Source: Chrysomallon squamiferum (Eukaryota > Animalia > Mollusca). Taken from it: a stretch of DNA of 64,000 bases. Below are positions 53,170 to 64,000 of this stretch, piece after piece (the first letter of the stretch is position 1; each line of letters starts with the position of its first letter). Where the stretch lies: assembly GCA_012295275.1 (NCBI GenBank), contig CM022674.1, positions 5,642,001 through 5,706,000 on the forward strand. The letters are read 5' to 3'. The notes under the pieces were generated by a model, which had not been told where the DNA came from, searched no databases, and worked only from the letters and a program-made list of their open reading frames with translations. A program made the position numbers and the translations under genes.

Positions 53170-53410
53170 TGCTACGAAAATATTCCCTGCTGAAAATTCC
53201 CTGCTGATTATGAATACAGCGACAGTTAATTAAATGTTGTTAGTGAAACCAGGAACTGAACTATAAATAGGATTATTCCCTGGTTGAAAATATTCCCTGC
53301 TGATGATGGTTAAAAATATTCCCCGCTTGTGACAGTTGGAAATATTCCCCACTGGTGACAGTTGAAAATATTCCCCATTGATGACAGTTGAAAATATTCC
53401 CTGTTGCTCA
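53170..53410. repeat. ~25-bp minisatellite in the OTUD3 3' UTR region
   Basis: aaatattccc(t/c)g...gacagttg repeated about 8 times, with outliers near 53575 and 53650. Confidence 0.75.
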
Positions 53411-53846
53411 TGATTAATATTCATTATATTTTATTATTTTACAAGATTTTTGTAAATAAGTTATAAATTGGTCCTTTTATTATTATTCTTTTTTTTTCAT
53501 ATTATTTTTATAAAGAAAAGCCAGTAAAACTGGAAAAATAAATGAAGTAATTTCCTTACTATTGAAAGCAGGAATATTCCCTGTTAAAAATATACTAAAT
53601 AAGTGCAAGAATACTTAAAGGCCAGTTTATCAATATCAAAAAATGTAAATATTCCCTCATTTAACTCTTATAGTACAGATGGTTAATTAAGGGAATATAA
53701 AGGTTATTCAGTTTTATCTACATATTCCATGCTAAAACCAGAATGATGTTAAGCTGCATTTATACATAAAATGTGTTTTGAAAAAGAATCACAATTTTGT
53801 GTCAGACATTTTATTCTAAAACCATTACATTGTTACAGTTAATTGA

Positions 53847-53891
<45 letters not shown>

Positions 53892-54784
53892 TTACGATGC
53901 TTTTAATCATTGCAATTTTAGTGAAACTTTACAGTGCAGTATTTTTTAATTAGATTTTCTATTACAAGATTTTTCAATAATGTTTTATACCCAGACATAT
54001 ATATATATGTGGGGAGTTCTTTTCCTTTTTTCTTTATTTCATTTTTTTTTTTTTTTTTTTTTTAAATCAGTGTATTTTTCAATTAATAAAAGATAACAGA
54101 CTCTCTTCTCTTTCCCCCTCCCAAAATAGCCCCCTCTAAACAAAAGCTATGTATTACTGTAGTAATCAAATTAGATCTTTCTAATCTTTTGAATTGAGAA
54201 ATGGTTCTAAAATATTCAGAAAAATTTGTGTAATTTTTTAACTGTTTTTGCTTTTAATGAGTTAAAAAGGCATTCATTACAATAATATTTTCAAACACAT
54301 ACAAGCAGCATAATAGGTAAGTGTATGTATCTGCATGCTCTTGCGTGAAAATACATTTACCACATGCATGCACACACAGAGATAATAACATAAAATTATA
54401 AAGAAGTGCAATTCTAATTCTTATTCTTCTGCTGCATAATATTAATATTATTTTAAAATGTGTAGTAGAATTTTCATTATTTAAATGACAATATATATAT
54501 AAAAATTACTTTTTGTCGAATTTTTTTTTTTTTTTTTTTTTTTTTTGTTAACTTTATAATACTCAAACATTTTATCTTTTTGTTTTCCCCAGGGTAAAAT
54601 AATACGAATTTATTTATGCATTTTTCTAAATATTCCACCTTTGTTACCATAACAACCAGAGACTGATACATGTTTGTAAAAAACAAAAGAGTAAAATTTT
54701 GTACTGGGTAATGTTGAAATTTTATAAATGTTTTTTATTATATAATAGGCTATGAGGTGTATTCTTTAAAAACCAATTGCATTC

Positions 54785-54841
<57 letters not shown>

Positions 54842-54970
54842 TATTGTTGTTATTATTATTATTATATTATTGTTATTGTTATTGTGTATTTTAATTTTAT
54901 TACTGTTATTACTAATGTTACTTCTACTATTATTAATATGAGTTATTATTTTTTACTTTATTACTATTAA

Positions 54971-55016
<46 letters not shown>

Positions 55017-55269
55017 TATTAGTCTGTTATTGTTATTAATCATGCAAAGATGGTTTAATTGTAAAACATATTTAAATCAGATCTGTTATCTGATACGAAA
55101 AATATGCAGGTCATAATATTTCTACATTGTTATTAATAAACACCACTTTAACAGAACCTAGACATCTTGAAAAAAAAAGTGGACACTGTTGATCAGTTAA
55201 TCTGTTTCTTTTTGGAACATTTAGAATATTTTGAGCAAGTTATTTATTCACAGTCTTTCATATTTTGAC

Positions 55270-56215
55270 TTTTGAGCTCTTTAGAAATGTTTGAGACTTT
55301 TGCGAGGACTTCCAGTGCAGTTTTGTCAACGTGTTTGAGTAATCAGGGGACTTTGTGAGTTTTTCATTGAGGACTGAAAAGTGTTTTAGCAAACAAACTT
55401 GAGTAATAAGAATGTTTGAGTGGCTTCATCACTTCATATGAGTTGTAATGACAGTTTTTAGTTATTGTCTTGGATTTTTTTGTTTTACATTTGTTTTTCA
55501 AAAAATGAGGGGTTCAAATGACTCGTAACAAATCTGAGTTTCGTTATTTGAGGACTTTTTAAGCAAATTATTACACTAGTTTCACCAAGGAATTCTAAAG
55601 AGTTAATATATTTTAAACGAGTTATTTGAATCATGTGACTCTGAGGATTCCAAATGAGTTACAAAAAAACAGATTTGAATAACTGAGGACTATTTAAATG
55701 AGTTCTTTAACTTGTCTTTCCTTCAGGTCTTCAGACAACTTAAAACAAATTTCAGTCTCTTTGAGGACTTTTTAAGTGAATTATTTATACCAAGAACTTC
55801 AACTGAGCTATAACAACAAGTTGCAGTTAATCAGCTTCTGACTTTTTACACATTTTGTTCAGTGAGAACTTGAGGTAAATTATGATTACATATGTTTCAT
55901 AAAGAGAGAACTGATATATTTGATTACTTGGGTGTTTTTATATTTTGAAGATTTTTAAATTTTTGTGTGTGTGTGTGTGTGAATTATGACAAAAAATGTG
56001 TTTCTGGACCTCTTTTATAGCAAATGTGTTTGAAGACTTCAGTTACAACAAATGTGTTTGAGGACTTGACTTATGACAAACATGTTTCAAGATTTGAGTT
56101 ATAACCAATGTGTTTCAGGATTTGAGTTATGACAGTTGTGTTTCAGGATTTGAGTTATGACAGTTGTGTTTCAGGATTTGAGTTAAGACAAATATGTTTG
56201 AGGACTTGAATATAA
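55270..56215. repeat. Degenerate ~29-bp repeat (tgtgtttgaggacttgagttatgacaa), best preserved at 56020-56210
   Basis: tgtgtttcaggatttgagttatgacagt occurs in near-perfect tandem copies; scattered tgaggact and tgagtt remnants lie upstream. Confidence 0.7.
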
Positions 56216-59200
56216 TCGTAATCTCTTTCATCATATAATTGGATTTGAACTGTTATTGTTTGATCACTAACAAAGTGTTTTCATCATTTCAGTTAAAAGC
56301 TGTTTCATCATTCCTGTTTCATTTCATTTATCAGTAACATGTTTACATGGTGACAGGTTCATTTGATTTAGCATTCTTAGGATGTTTCATCATATGTTTT
56401 GATTCACTGAGAACACATTTTGTCATTTCTTTTGTCTTATATGAAACATGTTTCATTATTTATTTTGATTGCCTGAGAACCTATTTCATCAAATTTTTTT
56501 TATAAAAGATTTTTTTTTTAAAACATCATTCTGTAATTCATGCATGGTTTTTGATTAAATTAGTTACATATTGGAAAAAAATAAAAAAAAGAGAAATGTA
56601 TAATAAACAGAATTTCAAAACTAAACTATATTCAGAGCAAGAATTTCTATTTAAATCTTGAATTATTAATTTTTATTGTTTTTAATTTAATATTATTGTT
56701 ATTATTATCATGTTATTACATCTCATTACTAATTCTTTTACTTCTCTTCTACTGTTATTTATTAAATTGTTGTTATTATTGTTATTATTATTATTATTAT
56801 TATAATTTCAGTTCACAAAAATCTCCAAAATACATTTCTATCTGTCTCTGTTTTTGATTTGTTGACATTTTGTCTCTAATAAACATGGATATGATTTTAT
56901 TGTTACGGTTATGTTAACCAGTTAGTATTATTAAGCAAATTAAATAATTATTTTTATTATATTTTTTATTTTGGTTTTATTTATATTTAAAATTTTAAAA
57001 ATTGTCATTTTTTTTTTTCTTCCATATGTTGGCAAAATGGCATGATTAATGTATATATTTTCGAAAATTCCAAAGACATTTTATTTTTATTTTTACATTT
57101 CACAAATTAAATTTTGATCCATGTTTTCTAGAATTTTCTAAAAAAAAGTGTTCTAATGTTAGTACTGGATCATAGAACACAAAAATCATATTGATGTGAT
57201 CTGAGAAATCCACTTGTTATTATTAAACAACTGAACTATTGTTAATTTTTTTAAAAATAAAAATATTAAGTTTTGTTGTTTGTATAAATTATTAAGTTTG
57301 ATAAATATATTTATTGTCAGAAAACCTAAAACAATAATTTTTGGGTAATATTTAAATAGATTTGGATGTTTTTAATTTTTTTTTTATAAGTGTAATTTTT
57401 GATACCTATTCTTTATATATAATAAATTACTGAACCATTTATCATTAAGAAGTCAAAAATACAATATTATGGACAAGATATGATACGATAATATCAGATG
57501 TATAACAAAAAAAGTTTAAACTTGTGTCATTTCTTTTTTCTTTTTTTTTTTTAAAATTTAATATTAATATAATTATTTTTTTTAACCAAAAAATAAACCA
57601 ATACCCTAATTTCTGTCTCATTCTTTTGACGTTTTCATGTACATTAATACCTACATGTTTACTTAGCTAAAAAAACTTAATGATCTTTACGTGCTTTCAC
57701 ATTATTTGGATGTAATTTGTCTTCTTCTTTTTTTCTGTCTCTAAGATACATCATCAAGTCATTTGTGATAATAAATAAATCTTGTTTTTTTAACTTCAAA
57801 TTATTGTTTCAAATCTGTAAGAATTTTTTCCCCCCTACCACACATGAAGAAGTTACCTGATCCCTAACTTTTTTTGTGTATCTGTTAATGCTTAAAACAA
57901 ATCTCACTTTCATACTTAATTTATATATTTCATATGTATGTATGCTGTAAATAATCAGTTAGCTACTGAAAATATGATAAACATGTATATTTATAAGAAA
58001 ACATTTGTAAAAATGTAATACTGTATATGGAATTTTTGTAAAATATGTAATATCATAAATGGAAATGTATGTAAAAATATATTATCATATATGGAAATAT
58101 TTGTAAAAAAATTTTAAATATATGGAAATATTTATAGAATTATTATAATTGTTTTACCATATATAATATAATTTATATTAATAAATATAATGTTATTTGT
58201 AAAAATATACCGTTACGTTGAAAATATAAAATTTCAAATATCATATATGGAAATGTTTTGAATATTTTTATTCCATACATGGATATGTTTTTTTGTAATA
58301 ATGATACCAAATATGGGGCGACAGAAAATATTTATACATATTGAATTATATGAAAAATATTTGATAAAGTTCCGAAATGACTTATTTTTGTAAAAACTGA
58401 TGTATAAAATTAATAGATTTTCTGTTTTTACCACACAGCCCTAGCCCACAATTTGCTCACTTTATCGTTTGTTTATGTTTGTTTGAAGTAGATGTATATT
58501 TATGGTTTTATCTATTTATTAATTATTTCTTGATTTCTTTATTTAATTATTGTTTGTGTGTATATGTTTTATTTATTTATTTATTTTATTTTATTTTATT
58601 TTATTTTATTTTATTTTATTTTATTTTTTTTTTTTTTTTATTTTTTTTTTATTTATTATTTCTAAATTTGTTACTTTATTATTGTTTCCTTGTTTAATAT
58701 TTCATTCAATTATTTATTTTAACATAAATCATTGTTTTAAAGTAACATATGTATATATATATATATATATATAATGTAACCTGAAAAGAATTGTATATTA
58801 TTCATATATAAAAACGTTTGGGGGGGGGTTAAATTAATAGTTAATTGTTTTTCTTGTTTTCTTTATTTTTTTTTTTTTTTTTTTTTTTTTTTATTATTTA
58901 ATTGTTAAAATAAGTTAATTTGATTTTATAAATGATATTATTATTTTTTATTATTATTATTATTACTATTATTATTATTATTATTAATACCATATCCTAT
59001 TTAATGATCTAATTAATATAAGTATTATTGAAATTATTAATTATTAAAACCACATTAAAAACAAAATTTAAAATTTAAAAAAATAAAATGATTTTATCAC
59101 AGAAATTATGAATCTTGCATTTTAATTCAAAAATTTTTTTTTTTTTTTTTCATTTTTCATATGACACATTTTAAAAATAGGTTTATTTTTATTTTTTTTT

Positions 59201-60032
59201 AAAAAAAAAAAAAAAAGAGAAAAATTATACATGTATATATAAACTATTTACAGTGTGTGTTTTTTACAGTTTCAGAATTTTTTAACATTTTTTAATCAAT
59301 TTTTATAGTTTGTAAAAACTTGTGAAAACATATTTTTAAAATCAATATATGAAAAAATGTATTCGGTAAAATATTTTAAAAGGCTTAAATAATTGTGAAA
59401 TTATTTAGTTACATTGAGATGCATGTAATTTGTTACCAAGAATAATACACTTACATTTTTATGTTGAAATGTTACACACACACACACACACACACACACG
59501 TAATTATATATGTGAACCATTTTGATTGCATCCATTATTGTATTGGTTTAAGCAAAGGTTTATTAATTACTGCTGAAGAATTAAAGTATTTTCCCATATC
59601 AGTTGTTTTGTAGGGCTTGGCTATAAAGACAACAGTTACAAACCTTGCATTTGTTAACTATGTTATATGTTTTGTTAAAATTTAAAAATTTAAAAAAAGG
59701 AAAAATCACTACAATTATTTTATTTCTGTTGTTGATGTAAGTATTAAAAGTATGCACTATCCACTTGTCTTTGTCAAAAGCATAATTTAGTTACTTTTAA
59801 GTTAATTTGTTATCTATCCAAGTGTTTTATTTATACATTATACATATTTGCGTACTGATATAAACATATTGTATGTAGATATATATATATATATATATAT
59901 ATAGATGCATAGATTCATACATACATATATACACAGATGCATAGTGACATACATGCATATCTGCACATATTCTTACAATTAATTTACACACCTTTTAAAG
60001 TTAGAATCAGTTTATTCAAACTTTGCCTAATT

Positions 60033-60071
<39 letters not shown>

Positions 60072-60672
60072 CTTATTTATTTAAATATGTCACACTTGTC
60101 AATTTCAAAAAAATGTTGTTTATATTGTTATTTTATGAAAAAGGGGGCTGGAATCAGATTTCTAGGGTCTGTGTCTCAAAATAATTTTGAGTTGTTGTTT
60201 TTACAGAGTAAAAGTTAACTTGTGTATCATGATAATGTTACCAATGTATTAATGATTAAAGATAAAGAATAAATATATTTTTACCCATGAATTTGCTTTG
60301 TGTTGTGTTGTTTTGTTTTATTTTATTTTATTTTATTTTATTTTATTTTATTTTATTTTTTTTTATTTTTAAATTTTATTTTATTATTGTTTGTTGTTCT
60401 TATTGATATTTTGTTGAATATTTTAAAATCGTCGTCGTCGTCGTCGGTTGTTGTTATTATTATTATTATTATTATTCCAGCATTATGCATAAACGGAAAT
60501 ACAAATAAAACCACTTAAAAACCAAAATATTTGATATCTTTAATAATATTTCAAATAATATTTTTGAGGACTTTTTTTTTCAAGACAACTCGAGAAGTTT
60601 TATAATTGGATTTTATTGTTTTACAACAACAGAAATGTTGAAATGAATCATCCATCAGTGAACAAATATCTG

Positions 60673-60713
<41 letters not shown>

Positions 60714-60734
60714 ATGATGAGTAATTTTACAAAC

Positions 60735-61354
60735 TAATTGTTCACATTTCTAAGTGACCCTAAAACGTTTTGTACTTTTACAAACCAACGTATTTTACGC
60801 CTTCTGTATCTTACTCTCATTTGTTGTAATTTAATGTATTTTGTGAATTTTTGGTTTAATGGTACAAGATACACTTTTATAAACATGCTGAACATTTTGC
60901 ATATTTTTTCAACTTTACGTAACATTATGTTTCATGTAACATTTTTATTTTTTTGCACTTTTACAAACGTATATAATATATTTTTTGCATGTTTACATGA
61001 TTTTATGTTTCAAAAAATAAACTTACGTAACATGTTTACATGCTTATCTAAAATATTTTGCACATTATAAACTTACCTGATATATTTTGCACATTTACAA
61101 ATTACGTAACATATTTTGCACATTTACAAATTACGTAACATATTTTGCACATTTACAAGTAACGTAACATATTTTGCACGTTCACAGATTAACCAACATG
61201 TTTTTCACATTTACAATCTTACCCTACATATTTTGAATGCTTCCAAACTTACGTAACATATTGTGCATGCTTATAAAGTTATAAATTTTATCTTGCAACA
61301 TATTTTGCATGTTTACAACCACAAATAAAATATTTTGCACGTTCACAAACGTAC
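60735..61354. repeat. ~30-bp tandem repeat forming the presumed 3' UTR of the ShKT gene
   Basis: atattttgcacatttacaaattacgtaac(at) units, near-perfect at 61080-61200 and degenerate on both sides, abutting the stop codon at 61355. Confidence 0.8.
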
Positions 61355-61584
61355 CTAACACAGCCTGCACTTGAACGGACACATAGCTCTTAAATTTTCC
61401 TTGTTGCAGGATGCAAAATTGCAGAAAAGACTTTCAGTCAGTTTGCTCCTTATACAATTAACTGGAAAAAGAAAAAGCATCAAAACACAATAATAATGAA
61501 AAATTAAAAAAATAAAAATAAAAATAAAAAATTATAAAAATAATAATAATAAAATAAATAAATAAATAATAATAAATAAATAAC

Positions 61585-61621
<37 letters not shown>

Positions 61622-62523
61622 TGTTAATGATGTAGGTAATCTGCATCGGTTTTAAAACAACTTTCGTTAAAAGCAGTATGATATTTCTTCTATATGAAGA
61701 AGAAGATTAATAAAAATAACGTATGTAATTTGCAAGAATGTGGCAGCATATTCTTTTTTCATATGTTTATTTGCAGTAAGCTTGAAACGTACGTTCTTTT
61801 CATTAACAAGATAACGTACGTCATTTTTAATAACTTTGTAGTGTGATTATATAATCGTTTAATGAATTGATAACGTACGGGAGCTGCAATAATGGTTATC
61901 TTGTTTAATAAAATTGTAACGTTTAATCGTTAATAACTGGTAACGTATGTTATTTTCAGTTACTGGGTGATGCATTTATCAGATAAGGCAATCGATGACG
62001 ACGACGACGACGATGATGATGATTATTATTATGATTATGATGATGATGATTATTATTATTAATGTTAATTTGTATCTTTATTTACAAAAAAATATTTAGA
62101 TATTTAATTTTTAATTTTAATGCAAATTTTAATGTCTACTGGTTAAATAAATTAATAAAAAATATATGCCAATGATTAAATGAAACAAAAAAACCCGATG
62201 ATGATAACAACAACAGTAATAATATCGAAACGAAAAAAAAAAAAAATAATAATAATAAAGAACAATATCAAAAATAACAATAATAATAACAGTAAAAACG
62301 ACGACGACGAACACAGTAATAAATAAATAAATAAATAAATAAATACACAAAGCATACTTCCACATTTCCCACATGTATGAGGACAGAGGCGCTGCCAGTA
62401 CAAGCTATCACACCATGCCATTGCGCAACTCCGGTTTTCTTCCGTTTCCTTGCCAACGCAGTCAACTGAAAAACAAAATGGCGTCCATTTGCAACGGATT
62501 GTGGCCCCCATGTAATAACCGTA

Positions 62524-62566
<43 letters not shown>

Positions 62567-63376
62567 CACAATTTAAATGAATAATAATAATAATAATAAT
62601 ACATTGTTAGGAATAAATATATCTAGTACATTAATGGACCTGCCCCCATTCTAAGTTCTTAATCCGTGCTTGTATCTGCTACTAGTTCTTACTACTTCAA
62701 TTACCACGCTAATTAGCTGCATCTGACTTAAATAACAACCGTTAAGCAAACATTTTTTTGTTACAGATCTGTTGCATTTATATGATTTACTAAAACATCG
62801 TAACTAAATATGCACCACTAATGAAATGGCAGACGTGATAAACAACGAAAGTAAACGTCATTAGTACTGATGACATCATATAACTGTTTCGTCACTAAGC
62901 TCCAGACTATTTCAATTCTTGTTCACATTTTTAGCCCCTTTCCCTCTCTACATCCGAGTCTATCTCTTGTATATCTACATTATATATCAGGGCGTTTTCA
63001 CTACAGGATGGAGGAAATTAAGAAAATGAAATGAAGTGTTTAACATAGCTGATGATGATCACACTAGGTATTTAACGTGAGTAAATTCGGCCTAATTATT
63101 TGAGAAACCCACAACAGGTAAGAAGAAATTTTATTCTTTGAAAAATAGATTGTAAGTCATTAATGAAAAGGGTAATATATATTTTGATTTCTTTCTTCAA
63201 GGACTGTAGGTAGAAATGCTGTTATATATATTACAATATAAACGAATAATTTAAAAAAAAAATGATAATGATAATAAGTAAATAACTATTTAATCAAAAT
63301 AAATTTTAAAAATAATTAATGATGACAAACAAACAAACAAATAAATAACAAAAAATTAAAACAATAATAAATAATG

Positions 63377-63426
<50 letters not shown>

Positions 63427-63636
63427 CATATCAAATTAATTAATTAATTAATTAAATTAAACAAACAAGCAAAATGAATATATCGTTCTTCCTGATTTTA
63501 ATCATTAGACTGTCAGAGATGAAACCACACTTACATTCATTTCTTGCACAGTAGCAGTTAGTTTGATAGAGAGTAGTACCAATAGGACACGTCTTTTCTC
63601 CACAGGCACTGGGTGTGGTCGGCTTTGTTACATTAA
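61355..63636 (-). CDS. 3' part of a Cys-rich, probably secreted protein with two ShKT-like domains; exons 63636-63535, 62465-62358, 61461-61355; 5' end beyond the window
   Basis: Phase-1 exons: NVTKPTTPSACGEKTCPIGTTLYQTNCYCARNE | FDCVGKETEENRSCAMAWCDSLYWQRLCPHTCGKCG | INCIRSKLTESLFCNFASCNKENLRAMCPFKCRLC*. Both last exons are C-x10-C-x4-C-x8-C-x3-C-x2-C with the ShK-type CPxxCxxC end; GT-AG sites; the last exon is absent from the ORF track. Confidence 0.82.
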
Positions 63637-63807
63637 CTGAAAAAATCAAAGAATATTGAAATGAACTGCTTCTGCATTTTCAAGTTTAAATATCAAGTGA
63701 CTACGTAATGATAAAAATTTAAAAATAATTATAATGAAAAAATATATAGATAATTATTATCATCCTATAAATGCTATGATTTTCTTCTTGTTCTTGTTCT
63801 TGTTCTT

Positions 63808-63838
<31 letters not shown>

Positions 63839-64000
63839 TTATTATTATTTGTTGATAAGAAAAGACCTATTGTGATAAATAACAAAATTTAACGGCTAAC
63901 AATTTATCTCGTTTGTTTATATTTAATCATGATTACCAATTGCAATCATATACTTTAAAAAAAAAGAAGAAAAAAAAAAGAAAGAAACGAAAAGAAAAGA

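Overview
Eukaryotic, very AT-rich, microsatellite-laden genomic DNA with GT-AG spliceosomal introns. The gene content and style suggest an invertebrate animal, probably a mollusc (inference only). Reading splice sites by hand gives six protein-coding loci: (1) a 398-codon acidic, low-complexity exon of an unidentified minus-strand gene (3021-1828) that continues off the left edge; (2) PEX2 (+, five exons, 8386-11087), which has no recognisable N-terminal exons in the window and carries an in-frame TAA at a conserved Glu position; (3) a complete 3-exon secreted protein with three 4-Cys CBM14/peritrophin-A-like chitin-binding modules (-, 14075-12445); (4) a complete 14-exon TMCO4 (-, 32882-20985); (5) a complete 8-exon OTUD3 (+, 33895-53003), head-to-head with TMCO4 across about 1 kb; (6) the last three exons of a Cys-rich protein with two ShKT-like domains (-, 63636-61355). 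Most entries in the supplied ORF track are microsatellite artefacts. Introns and 3' regions hold many minisatellites and a small TA-flanked MITE. No rRNA, tRNA, CRISPR array or intact transposase was seen, and no clear new multi-gene system. The best leads are the disrupted or overlapping PEX2, the TMCO4-OTUD3 divergent pair (same linkage as I recall for human 1p36), the motif-packed OTUD3 exon 7 and the two unusual secreted Cys-rich proteins.
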